Below, one piece after another: positions 21,390 through 30,431 of a stretch of DNA of 64,000 nt (its first letter is position 1; the number at the start of each line of letters is the position of its first letter). The position numbers and the translations under genes are program-made. Source of the stretch: a bacterium (GTDB taxonomy: Bacteria; UBA8248); assembly GCA_965204535.1 (NCBI GenBank), contig OZ241996.1:1376001-1440000 (forward strand), read 5' to 3'. Under the pieces are notes generated by a model. That model was not told the DNA's origin, did no database searches, and saw nothing but the letters and a program-made list of their open reading frames with translations.

Positions 21390-24290
21390 ATGAGGTATTT
21401 GATGGAAGTTATTGCAACACTTGAAGAAGAATTGCGCACAGCCATTGATGGCGAAGTACGCTTTGATGCGTACACGAGAAAAATATACAGCACCGACGCG
21501 AGCATGTACGAGATAGAGCCCGTGGGCCTCGTATTGCCGAAAACGAACGACGACGTGCAAAAAACGCTTCGAATCGCCCAAAAACACAACGTCGCCATCC
21601 TGCCCCGTGGCGGCGGAACCAGCCTCGCCGGCCAGACCGTGGGCGAAGCGTTGATCCTCGATTTTTCCAAATACATGAACCAGGTGCTCGAACTGAACGC
21701 CGATGAGGAATGGGCGCGCATCCAGCCGGGACTCGTGCAGGATCATTTCAACGATTACCTGAGCCCGCACGGATTCGTCTTCGGCCCCAACACCTCCACG
21801 AGCAGCCGCGCCACCATCGGCGGCATGCTGGGGAACAACTCCTCGGGTTCGCGCTCCATCGTCTACGGGAAGACGGTGGACCACGTCATCGAAGTTTCGG
21901 GCTATTTCGCCGATGGCGAGCCCTTCTCCTTCGGGCCCCTGGATGCAGGGTCTCTCGAAGAACTCATGCGCCAGGATTCACGCGCGGGCAGGCTTCACAA
22001 GGCGCTGAAGGACATCGTGGACGAGCAGCGGGTGGAGATTGAGGACCGCTATCCCAACATCATGCGCCGCGTGAGCGGCTATAACCTCGATGAACTCGCC
22101 CGGGAGACGCAACCCTTCAACCTCGCCAAGCTCATGGTGGGCGCCGAGGGCACGCTGGCCGTGGTCACGGAAGCCAAGGTGCGCGTGTGCCCCAAGCCCA
22201 AGGCGCTCGGCGTCCTGGTGGTGCATTTCCACAGCATTGAGGAGGCCCTTGCCGCAAGCACGACCATTCTGACCCACGACGTGGCGGCGATAGAGATCAT
22301 CGACCGGGTGATCATCGAACTCGCCAAGCAGAACCTGGAAGCCCAGCGCCTGATGGACAGCTTCGTGGTGGGCGACCCGGATTCGTTCCTGACGATTGAA
22401 TTTTTCGCCGACAACGACGATGAGGCCAAAGAGAAAGTAATGCGCCTGCACGATGAACTCGAAGCGAAGAACATCGGCTACGCGCGCGTTCCGCTGGACG
22501 ACCCCGCCCACAAGCAAGATTGCCTGAACATGCGAAAGGCCGGCCTAGGCTTTCTCCTCGGGCGCCGGGGCGACTGGAAGCCCTGCGCCTTCGTGGAGGA
22601 CTGCGCGGTGGCCCCCGAACACCTCCTGGATTATTACCGGCATTTCGAAGCCATCATGAAGAAGTACGATACGGAAACCTCCTACTACGGCCATACGAGC
22701 GTGGGCCTTCTGCACCTGCGCCCCCTCATCAACCTCAAAGAGGATGAGGAGATCGGAAAAATGGCCGCCATCGCCGAGGAGGTCTCGGACCTCGTGCTCG
22801 AATACGGCGGCGCCATGAGCGGAGAGCACGGCGACGGTCTGGCGAGAAGCCAGTGGATACCCAAATTCTTCGGCGAGAAACTCTATGGGGCGTTCGTCGA
22901 AGTGAAGCGGCTCTTCGACCCCGAAAACCGGATGAACCCCGGCAAGATCGTGAACGCCCTCCCCTTCACCGAAAACCTTCGTTTCGACGGCTCCTACAAG
23001 ACGCCCGAGATACCGACTATCATGGATTTTTCGGGCGACGGCGGCTTCGTGCGCGCGATCGAGCTTTGTAATGGCGTGGGCGCGTGCCGCAAGCGCGACG
23101 GCACGATGTGTCCCTCCTATCAGGCGACGATGGAAGAAGAACACTCCACGCGCGGGCGGGCGAACGCGCTCAGAGAAGTCATCGCGAACGGAATCCCCGG
23201 TGAGGATCTGGGCAGCGAGCGGCTCTATGAGGTGCTGGACCTCTGCATCTCGTGCAAGGGCTGCAAGGCGGAGTGTCCCTCCAGCGTGGACATGGCGAAG
23301 ATCAAGGCCGAGGTGCTCCAGGCCTACTACGACAAGAACGGCGTGCCCCTGCGCGTGCGGATGATGGGGCGCATCGCGCGTATCAACCGCCTGAGCGCTC
23401 CGGTGGCGCCGGTCGTGAACTGGACGCTGGGGAATCGCTTCGTGCGCTCCATGCTGGACAGGTTCTTGGGCATCGACAAGCGAAGAAGGCTCCCTCCCTT
23501 GGTGACACCCACCTTCGAGGAGTGGTTCGAGAGCCGTCCTGCCTCCCGCAACGGGGCCGGCGCGCGCGGAAAAGTTTTGTTCTTAAACGATACGTTCACG
23601 AACTTCAATTACCCCGAAATCGGAAAAGCCGCCGTCAAGGTGCTGGAGGCGGCTGGCTTCGAGGTCGGGCTGGCGGAGACGGGTTGCTGCGGGCGGCCCA
23701 TGATCTCGCACGGCCTTTTGCGCGAGGGCCAGAAGCTGGCCGAGGAGAACATCGCGAGGCTCTCTCCCGCCATAGAGGCGGGGCTTCCGATCATCGGCGT
23801 CGAGCCGAGTTGTCTGCTGACTTTCCGGGATGAATACCCGGACCTCGTGACGGGCGATGCGGCGGGGCGCCTGGCGGAGAATTCCTGGATGCTGGAAGAA
23901 TTCCTGCAAAACCTGCATGAAAAAGGCGAACTCGACCTGAAATTCAAGACCCCGAAACGGCAAAATGCCCTCTTCCACGGCCATTGTCACCAGAAAGCCC
24001 TGGTGGGCACAGGGCCTTCCCTGGCGATGCTGGACATGATCCCCGATTTGGAGGTAACGCAGATACCTTCAGGCTGCTGTGGGATGGCCGGTTCGTTCGG
24101 CTACGAGAAAGAACACTTCGACATCTCGCTCGCCATCGGTGAGACGAAGCTCTTTCCCGCCCTGAGAGCAGGCGATGAAGAGGCCACCACTATTGCCAAC
24201 GGCGTTTCCTGCCGACAGCAAATCGCTACCGGCGTCGGCAAGAAGGCGCTCCACATCGCCGAGGTGCTGGCCGACGCACTGGATGAATAG
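21390..24290 (+). CDS. FAD-linked oxidase fused to 4Fe-4S/CCG domains (YdiJ/GlcD-GlcF-like 2-hydroxyacid dehydrogenase)
   Basis: RGGGTSLAGQ, TIGGMLGNN, GEHGDG, CNGVGAC, CISCKGCKAECP, CCG and HGHCHQ motifs. Confidence 0.92.
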   Translation: MRYLMEVIATLEEELRTAIDGEVRFDAYTRKIYSTDASMYEIEPVGLVLPKTNDDVQKTLRIAQKHNVAILPRGGGTSLAGQTVGEALILDFSKYMNQVLELNADEEWARIQPGLVQDHFNDYLSPHGFVFGPNTSTSSRATIGGMLGNNSSGSRSIVYGKTVDHVIEVSGYFADGEPFSFGPLDAGSLEELMRQDSRAGRLHKALKDIVDEQRVEIEDRYPNIMRRVSGYNLDELARETQPFNLAKLMVGAEGTLAVVTEAKVRVCPKPKALGVLVVHFHSIEEALAASTTILTHDVAAIEIIDRVIIELAKQNLEAQRLMDSFVVGDPDSFLTIEFFADNDDEAKEKVMRLHDELEAKNIGYARVPLDDPAHKQDCLNMRKAGLGFLLGRRGDWKPCAFVEDCAVAPEHLLDYYRHFEAIMKKYDTETSYYGHTSVGLLHLRPLINLKEDEEIGKMAAIAEEVSDLVLEYGGAMSGEHGDGLARSQWIPKFFGEKLYGAFVEVKRLFDPENRMNPGKIVNALPFTENLRFDGSYKTPEIPTIMDFSGDGGFVRAIELCNGVGACRKRDGTMCPSYQATMEEEHSTRGRANALREVIANGIPGEDLGSERLYEVLDLCISCKGCKAECPSSVDMAKIKAEVLQAYYDKNGVPLRVRMMGRIARINRLSAPVAPVVNWTLGNRFVRSMLDRFLGIDKRRRLPPLVTPTFEEWFESRPASRNGAGARGKVLFLNDTFTNFNYPEIGKAAVKVLEAAGFEVGLAETGCCGRPMISHGLLREGQKLAEENIARLSPAIEAGLPIIGVEPSCLLTFRDEYPDLVTGDAAGRLAENSWMLEEFLQNLHEKGELDLKFKTPKRQNALFHGHCHQKALVGTGPSLAMLDMIPDLEVTQIPSGCCGMAGSFGYEKEHFDISLAIGETKLFPALRAGDEEATTIANGVSCRQQIATGVGKKALHIAEVLADALDE

Positions 24291-24312
24291 ATTCTAAGCT
24301 ATAAAACCAAAT

Positions 24313-24356
24313 TATAAACAATAAGATGAAAGAATATCTTCAGGTTATTGTTTATA
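24313..24356. terminator. AT-rich hairpin between convergent genes (possible bidirectional terminator)
   Basis: tataaacaataa ... ttattgtttata 12-bp inverted repeat. Confidence 0.45.
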
Positions 24357-24360
24357 TCCC

Positions 24361-25455
24361 TTAATCCGGGTTTCGGATGACGGAGCGCAAGGTTTCGCCG
24401 CGTTCCATCGCCTCGAAAGCGGGCTCCACGTCTTCAAGACCGATGACCTTCGTGACCATGCGGTCGAGGTCGAGCTCTCCTTTTTCATACCAGTCGGCGA
24501 GAAGCGGGAAATCCCTCGACGGCAGGCAGTCCCCGTACCACGATACGCGCAGCGCGCCGCCCAGGCCGAAGAACTGGAGCATCGGCAGTTCCATCATCAT
24601 GTCGGGGGCCGGCACGCCGATGAGGGTGCAGGTGCCCGCCAGGTCGCGCGACCACATCGCCTGCAGGAGCGTCTGCGGCGTTCCCACGGCCTCGAAGGAA
24701 TAATCGACGCCGTTCCCGCCCGTGAGGTCCTTGATCGCTTCCACCGGGTCGGTTTCAGACGCGTTGACGACGTCGGTCGCGCCGAAGTCCCTGGCCCAGT
24801 CGAGCTTGTTATCGGCGATGTCGACGCCGATGATTTTCGCTGCGCGCGACATTTTCGCACCCATGATGACGCTGCAGCCCACGCCGCCGCATCCGTACAC
24901 CGCCACGGTGCTCCCGCGTCTCACCTGCGCCGTATAGAGACAGGCGCCCACGCCCGTCATGACGCCGCAGCCGATGAGGCAGGCCTGCTCCGGCTTACAT
25001 GCAGCGGGCACTTTCACCGCCTGTTTCGCGGCGACGACGGTGTGCGTACAGTACGTGCCGATGCCAATGGAGGGGCTCAAAACCCGCCCGTCTTTTTTCG
25101 CGTACATTTTCGAAGTCGCGTTCAAACTGGCGGCGCATAGGCTGGGCTGGCCGATGGAGCAGAAGCGGCAGAGTCCGCAGGGGGCGCGCCAGGCCAGAAC
25201 GACGTAGTCGCCCACGGCCAGGTCGGAGACGCCCTCCCCCACTTCCTGAACGATGCCGGAGCCTTCATGGCCGAGGAGGTAAGGAAATTCATCCCCGATT
25301 TTTCCTTGCTTGTAGTGCAAGTCCGTGTGGCAGACACCGCTGGCCTGAATTTTCACCAGCACCTCGCCGGGACCCGGGGAGGCGAGTTCGATTTCCTCCA
25401 CTTCCGTGCGTTCGTTCGCTACTCTTGAAATGACGCCATGGCCGATGATGCTCAT
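24361..25455 (-). CDS. Zn-dependent alcohol dehydrogenase, S-(hydroxymethyl)mycothiol dehydrogenase (MscR)-like
   Basis: GVCHTDLHY, EFPYLLGHEG, WRAPCGLCRFC, GCGVMTG, SRDLAGT..LIGVP, GGALRVSWYGDCLPSRDFP. Confidence 0.85.
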   Translation of the reverse strand: MSIIGHGVISRVANERTEVEEIELASPGPGEVLVKIQASGVCHTDLHYKQGKIGDEFPYLLGHEGSGIVQEVGEGVSDLAVGDYVVLAWRAPCGLCRFCSIGQPSLCAASLNATSKMYAKKDGRVLSPSIGIGTYCTHTVVAAKQAVKVPAACKPEQACLIGCGVMTGVGACLYTAQVRRGSTVAVYGCGGVGCSVIMGAKMSRAAKIIGVDIADNKLDWARDFGATDVVNASETDPVEAIKDLTGGNGVDYSFEAVGTPQTLLQAMWSRDLAGTCTLIGVPAPDMMMELPMLQFFGLGGALRVSWYGDCLPSRDFPLLADWYEKGELDLDRMVTKVIGLEDVEPAFEAMERGETLRSVIRNPD

Positions 25456-25573
25456 ACGCTTCCTCCCCGGTCGTATATTTATGAGTCGCCCGCTATAATG
25501 CGCCACGCAAACTGAAAATTTCCGTTAACGACTTTATTCTCTCCCACGAGGGATTATTGCGCAAGGAGGCGAT

Positions 25574-26764
25574 ATGTCCGAAGAATGGTACCCGCGTTTC
25601 TCGCAACCAGAAATGAGCAGGCGTCATGCGGCGGCGAAGGGCCTGATGGAAGAAGAAGGTCTGGATGCGCTCTTGTTCTTCGGCATGGGCGGCACGAACC
25701 GAAACGCCCAGGCGAACATCTACTGGCTTTCGTGCTATAGGGATTTTAACCACTGCTATCTGATTTTCCCGAAAGATGGCCCCCCTTCCCTATTCACGGG
25801 CTTGTACAACCACCTGCACAACGCGCAAATGCAGTGCATCTTCGAGGACGTGCGCCACGGAGCCTACGGCAACCCCGAACGCATGGCGGATCAACTCGAC
25901 GCCCTGGGGCTGGGGAACGCGCGCATCGGACTGGTGGGCATCAACCCCCGCTTCAAGATCCTGCTGCCCTTCGAGCACATGGACTATCTGGCGGAGCGCT
26001 TCCCGGAGGCGGGGTGGGTGGATGTGAGCGCCAGATTCAGGGACTTGCGGCTGATAAAGAGCGACGAGGAAATCGAGTGGCTGACCGAGGCGGCGCGGCT
26101 CACGGACCTCGCCATGGAAGCGGCCCGAATCCATGCGAAACCGGGGATTCCCGAAATCGAACTCTCGGGCAGGATGGCCGCCGCGTTCAGAGAGCAAGGC
26201 GGCGAGCAGATGGTGCAGTTCGTGACGGCCACGCCGATGTCGAACCCCCGCACGCCCGTCCCCTGGCAGAACCCGACGAGGCGAAAACTCGAAGCGGGCG
26301 ACGTGCTCATCATGGAGATCAGCGCGGCGTATTACGGCTATGCGGGCCAGAGCCTGCGCACCTTCACCATCGGAGACGACCCGACGCCGCCCTATCAGGC
26401 GCTGCTCGACGCCGCTATCGAGGTGTACGAGGGCGTGGGCAAAACCATGAAGGCAGGCAATTCCGCCCAGGCCGTCTTCGAGGCCACCGACCCGCTGCCC
26501 GAGAGGGGTTTTCAGATCTACGATTCGCTCGCGCACGGTTTCGGCACGGACCTGCTGCAGCCTTCCATCGGCATTCGGGGTTCGAACTATCTCGCACCGC
26601 CCGCCGACTTCAAATACCGCGAAAACATGGTGATGGTGATTCAGCCCAACCCCATGGACTCGGAAGGCCGCGGCGTGCAGATGGGCGATATGGGAATCGT
26701 CACCAGCGAGGGGTTCCGCTCCCTGCACACCTTCCCCATGAAAGCGTTCCGCTGCGACGGGTGA
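25574..26764 (+). CDS. M24/creatinase-fold protein lacking canonical metal ligands
   Basis: Creatinase_N-like start (FS..E..RR, GLDALL), R.IKSDEEI, pita-bread domain with GY.GQ..RT, HGFG, IQP. Confidence 0.82.
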   Translation: MSEEWYPRFSQPEMSRRHAAAKGLMEEEGLDALLFFGMGGTNRNAQANIYWLSCYRDFNHCYLIFPKDGPPSLFTGLYNHLHNAQMQCIFEDVRHGAYGNPERMADQLDALGLGNARIGLVGINPRFKILLPFEHMDYLAERFPEAGWVDVSARFRDLRLIKSDEEIEWLTEAARLTDLAMEAARIHAKPGIPEIELSGRMAAAFREQGGEQMVQFVTATPMSNPRTPVPWQNPTRRKLEAGDVLIMEISAAYYGYAGQSLRTFTIGDDPTPPYQALLDAAIEVYEGVGKTMKAGNSAQAVFEATDPLPERGFQIYDSLAHGFGTDLLQPSIGIRGSNYLAPPADFKYRENMVMVIQPNPMDSEGRGVQMGDMGIVTSEGFRSLHTFPMKAFRCDG

Positions 26765-26774
26765 TGACGCCGAT

Positions 26775-26903
26775 GGGGGTTTGTTGAAGAAAACCCGTGA
26801 AGGAGGTTTGCAGGTCGGGCGCGTCGGCAGGGGACCTGTAGGGACAACCCTCCGTGCTTGTCCTTTTTCGGGGTGTCGGACAGGCACGGAGGCCTGTCCC
26901 TAC
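26775..26903. repeat. composite element A: left terminal repeat plus GTAG-type REP doublet
   Basis: gggggtttgttgaagaaaa at 26775; gtagggacaaccctccgtgcttgtcc (26838-26863) and inverted ggacaggcacggaggcctgtccctac (26878-26903), 23/26 matching. Confidence 0.75.
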
Positions 26904-26928
26904 GGGCTCCTCCCCGGTAGACTCCTTG

Positions 26929-27393
26929 TCAATCTTCCTCGTAATACGCCCCGCTTCTCGTGCCGTCCACCGCATCGCCGGCCACGAAGTAGGTGGTGTC
27001 CTTCGATGCGAAATACAGGCAATCCTCATCGACCGTGGTAACGCAATAGTGCTCCGCACCGGCCGGAATGTGGATCACCTGCCCTGCCTCGGCGACTCCC
27101 TCCACGTCTCGCACCCGGTATTTCAATCGGCCTTTGATCACATAGTTGAATTGCTCGTTCGCGTGGGTGTGGAGTCTCGACCCGGTGCCTTTGGGCTTGT
27201 TCACTAGCACAACCTGAAGTTTCTCTCCCCGCACGGCGCTGCCGACAGAAGATGAATAGTGAGGCCCGATCATGAACTGGTCCATCTCCTGCATGTTGAA
27301 CAGGTAGTTTCCCGGCGTCACCTTCACCACCTTCTCATTGGTTTCCTCGTGGATGTTCGCGTATTTCTTTTCATTTTCCGCTGCTTCGTTCAT
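26929..27393 (-). CDS. cupin domain protein (paralogue 1)
   Basis: GTGSRLHTHANEQFNYVIKG and GQVIHIPAGAEHY cupin motifs. Confidence 0.88.
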   Translation of the reverse strand: MNEAAENEKKYANIHEETNEKVVKVTPGNYLFNMQEMDQFMIGPHYSSSVGSAVRGEKLQVVLVNKPKGTGSRLHTHANEQFNYVIKGRLKYRVRDVEGVAEAGQVIHIPAGAEHYCVTTVDEDCLYFASKDTTYFVAGDAVDGTRSGAYYEED

Positions 27394-27432
27394 CTCTTCA
27401 CTCCCGCTTCATACAATCGCGTTGAATTTTCA

Positions 27433-27876
27433 TTATTCCGGTTCTTGATCCGCATTGAGATAAGGACCCGAGTTCTCGCCGTCCACGGGTTCCCCGTACA
27501 TGACGTGCGAGGTGTCCTTGACGGCGTAGTATTCCGCGTCCCCCTTGCCGGTGGCGTAGGTGTAGTGCTCGACGTTCGCCGGAATGTGAATCAAGGTTCC
27601 GGGGCCGGCCAAGCCCTCCACATCGCCCACCCTGACTTGCAGCTCGCCCTTGATAACGAAGTTGAACTGCTCGTTCGGGTGGGTGTGAAGCCTCGATCCC
27701 GTGCCCGGCTTTTTCCGCACGAGCGCCACCTGTACGCGCTCACCCTCCACGATGCCGCCGCGCCCGGATGAGTAGTGCCCGCCGATGGGCAGTTGCTCCA
27801 TATCGGCGAGGTCATAGACGTAGCGTTCCTCTTCCGCCTTCACGGCGCGAATGCTATCTCCTTCCTGACGACTCAT
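27433..27876 (-). CDS. cupin domain protein (paralogue 2)
   Basis: GTGSRLHTHPNEQFNFVIKG and GTLIHIPANVEHY. Confidence 0.88.
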   Translation of the reverse strand: MSRQEGDSIRAVKAEEERYVYDLADMEQLPIGGHYSSGRGGIVEGERVQVALVRKKPGTGSRLHTHPNEQFNFVIKGELQVRVGDVEGLAGPGTLIHIPANVEHYTYATGKGDAEYYAVKDTSHVMYGEPVDGENSGPYLNADQEPE

Positions 27877-28072
27877 GCCTTTCCCCTTTCTCTGAAACGT
27901 AAAAAACTTTTCCTCATTCCTAGATGCGCTTAATGTAACGATGGCGGCGAAAACGCGCCACCCGCTCCATCCATTGCGCCATTGTGCATCCGCGCATAGA
28001 ATCCGGGCGTCTCAACTGCCACTTGAGATTACACAACAGACTTTTATTTCTTTTCATGCGAAGGAAAAATTC

Positions 28073-28690
28073 ATGGAATTCGTCATCAAGATTTATGACA
28101 GGCCGGAGGCGGCCGCATTGAGGGATGTCCACCGCAAGGCGCATCTCGATTATCTCAAAAGTTTCGACGACGCCACCCGCTTCGCCGGTCCGTTCCTGAC
28201 CGACGACGGGAAGCTCGAACTGGGCAGCTTCCGCATTCTGGATTTGCCCGACCGCGCCGCCGCCGAAGAACACGTAGCGAACGAGCCGTTCATCATCGAG
28301 GGGATTCAGGAGCGGCCCTCGGTTCATCGCTGGCGCGCCACCGTGCCCCACTCCTGGCGCGACTGCCCGCGAGAAGAAGGGAACCGCCAGTTCTACGTCC
28401 ATGCGCTGGACAAGGCGGACGGGGGCGCGATTCGCAAGACCCTGCACGAAGAGCACGTGGCCTACCTGACCGAGAACGGCGATTCGGTGATGGTGCGCGG
28501 CCCCCTGGTCACCGATGACGGAGAGACCAGAAACGGAAGCGTGCTACTGCTCGATTTTCCCGACATCAAGGCGGCGCGGGCGTTCTGGGCGGAGGAGCCC
28601 TACAACCGCGCTGGCCTGTATGAGAGCGTGGAATTCTACGCTTGGCGCTTCGGGCGGGTGTTCGACAGATTCAAGACGCCCGCGTCGTAA
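28073..28690 (+). CDS. YciI-family protein with two tandem YciI domains
   Basis: DRPEAAALR..HRKAHLDYL..AGPFLTDDG..GS..I and DKADGGAIR..HEEHVAYL..RGPLVTDDG..GSVLLL. Confidence 0.85.
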   Translation: MEFVIKIYDRPEAAALRDVHRKAHLDYLKSFDDATRFAGPFLTDDGKLELGSFRILDLPDRAAAEEHVANEPFIIEGIQERPSVHRWRATVPHSWRDCPREEGNRQFYVHALDKADGGAIRKTLHEEHVAYLTENGDSVMVRGPLVTDDGETRNGSVLLLDFPDIKAARAFWAEEPYNRAGLYESVEFYAWRFGRVFDRFKTPAS

Positions 28691-28707
28691 TTATCCAGAT
28701 AAGTTGC

Positions 28708-30168
28708 TCAAAGAATCTCGCCGGTGAACTCCGTTCGCACCCGCTCCTTGAGCGAGCGAACCGCCTTGAGCGACATCTTGAGGACCTGTTTCTCCCTTCG
28801 CGAGATAGCCGACTTCCTCACGTAGCGCGTCGCTTTTTTGATGCGCCTGAAATCCCGGAGTTGCTGGCGCAGGAGCAGATAGGTCAGATGCTCCAGGGCG
28901 GCGTTGTAATCATCGAACTCATCGTTGTTGAAAACCCCCGCCTTGTGGAGCAGACGGATGCGCTCGTAAGTGGAGGTCGCCTCCATGCCCTCTTTCAGGG
29001 CGAGTAGCCGGACAGCCCCGACCAGGGGGAGGATGCCCCCGTGTTTCAGGTTCACGCCGGGGGGAAGGCCCTCCCCGACTTTCTCGGTGCGCAGCATGCC
29101 GAACAGGCCGAGGGCGACATGCCTGTCCTCCTCGGTCTGGAACATCGCCTGGAGCACGGCGGGCTCTTTTTGCACGAAGGTCGTGATGTGATCGCGCAAT
29201 TCCCGCCCCAGGGAGATATCCCCGCAGGCGGTGTCGAAGTCGAAGAAGACGTCGCTCAACTGAACCTGGAACGTGCTTCTCTTCTGGAACCAGCGCAGGG
29301 TCTGGTGCTTCCACTCAGAAATCGATTTGCGCCAAAGCGGGTTCGTGGCCATCACGTTGCCGTCGCACAGGGGGAAGCCGATGGCTTCGAGATTCCAGGT
29401 CAGCAGTTCCGAGAACTGCATGAAGTAGTCGTTGACTTCGTTGTGCCGTTCCACGGGGTAGTCTTCGAGGATAATGCCGTTGTCCTGATCGGGGTTGATG
29501 AAGTTCTCGCCCCGTCCGCTTGAGCCCATGACGATCACGGCGAAGCGGACGGGCGGCGCGCCTCCGCCCGCCTTTTCGATGGTCTCCGTCACTTTTTCGG
29601 CCACGCGGCTGTAGATGTCGTTGTTCACGTGCGTGAGCAGCGCCTGGATTTCGGGCGCGGGGAGGTTGTCTTCGAGGAGTTCCTGCGCCACGACAGCCTG
29701 CACGGCTTTGATCTCCTGCAAGCCGTAGAGTTCGGGGACCTGCGTGAGCGCGTCGATGTGCTCCACCACATGCGCGGCCGCCACCGCCATGGCGTCCTCT
29801 AAGTCGAGCAGGCCGAGGGGGCGGTTCGCCTCATCGACCACGGGCATGTGACGGTGGCCGAGGCGGCGCATGCGAGCGATGGTGTGGTAGAGGTAGTCCC
29901 CCTGTTTTGCGGAATAAACGCGGGGCGTCATCACCTGCTCTATCGTCTCCGTCCCGTCGCACCGCAGGGCGACGCGGCGCGTCACGTCTTTTTCCGTAAA
30001 GATGCCGGAGAGGGCCTTTTTCTCATCCGTCACGAGAACGCACGTAGCGCCCGTCTCCGCCATCCGGGAGATGACAATCCCGATATTCTCCGAAGCCGGG
30101 ACGATGAGCGATTCGGGTTTGAGGAAATCATCCACAAGGCAGGAGAAAATTCTCGTCTGGGATTTCAT
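28708..30168 (-). CDS. CBS-pair + DUF294 nucleotidyltransferase-like signal protein
   Basis: Two CBS domains, MGSSGRGE..PDQDNG NTase motif, G.VMATNP.WR, VNLKHGG. Confidence 0.88.
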   Translation of the reverse strand: MKSQTRIFSCLVDDFLKPESLIVPASENIGIVISRMAETGATCVLVTDEKKALSGIFTEKDVTRRVALRCDGTETIEQVMTPRVYSAKQGDYLYHTIARMRRLGHRHMPVVDEANRPLGLLDLEDAMAVAAAHVVEHIDALTQVPELYGLQEIKAVQAVVAQELLEDNLPAPEIQALLTHVNNDIYSRVAEKVTETIEKAGGGAPPVRFAVIVMGSSGRGENFINPDQDNGIILEDYPVERHNEVNDYFMQFSELLTWNLEAIGFPLCDGNVMATNPLWRKSISEWKHQTLRWFQKRSTFQVQLSDVFFDFDTACGDISLGRELRDHITTFVQKEPAVLQAMFQTEEDRHVALGLFGMLRTEKVGEGLPPGVNLKHGGILPLVGAVRLLALKEGMEATSTYERIRLLHKAGVFNNDEFDDYNAALEHLTYLLLRQQLRDFRRIKKATRYVRKSAISRREKQVLKMSLKAVRSLKERVRTEFTGEIL

Positions 30169-30431
30169 GGGTTTCGGGGTCCGTCTTTGCGGCGGATGTC
30201 CGGTGACGCCTTGGGGCTCACGGCGCGTAATGAGGCTATAGTATAGCTTAGTTCTTCATGTGTTTGTCCAGGTGGGTGATGCGCATCTCTATCGCCGCCA
30301 CGCAGGCGCGCGAGCCGTTCCAGGCACGGAAATAATCCGGTGCGTTTCGCCTCCTCCTCTAGTGTGAGAGAATCCCGTCTCCGGGAAGAAAGCTCCCTTG
30401 CCGCTCATCAGTTTGAGCAGAAGGAACGAAC

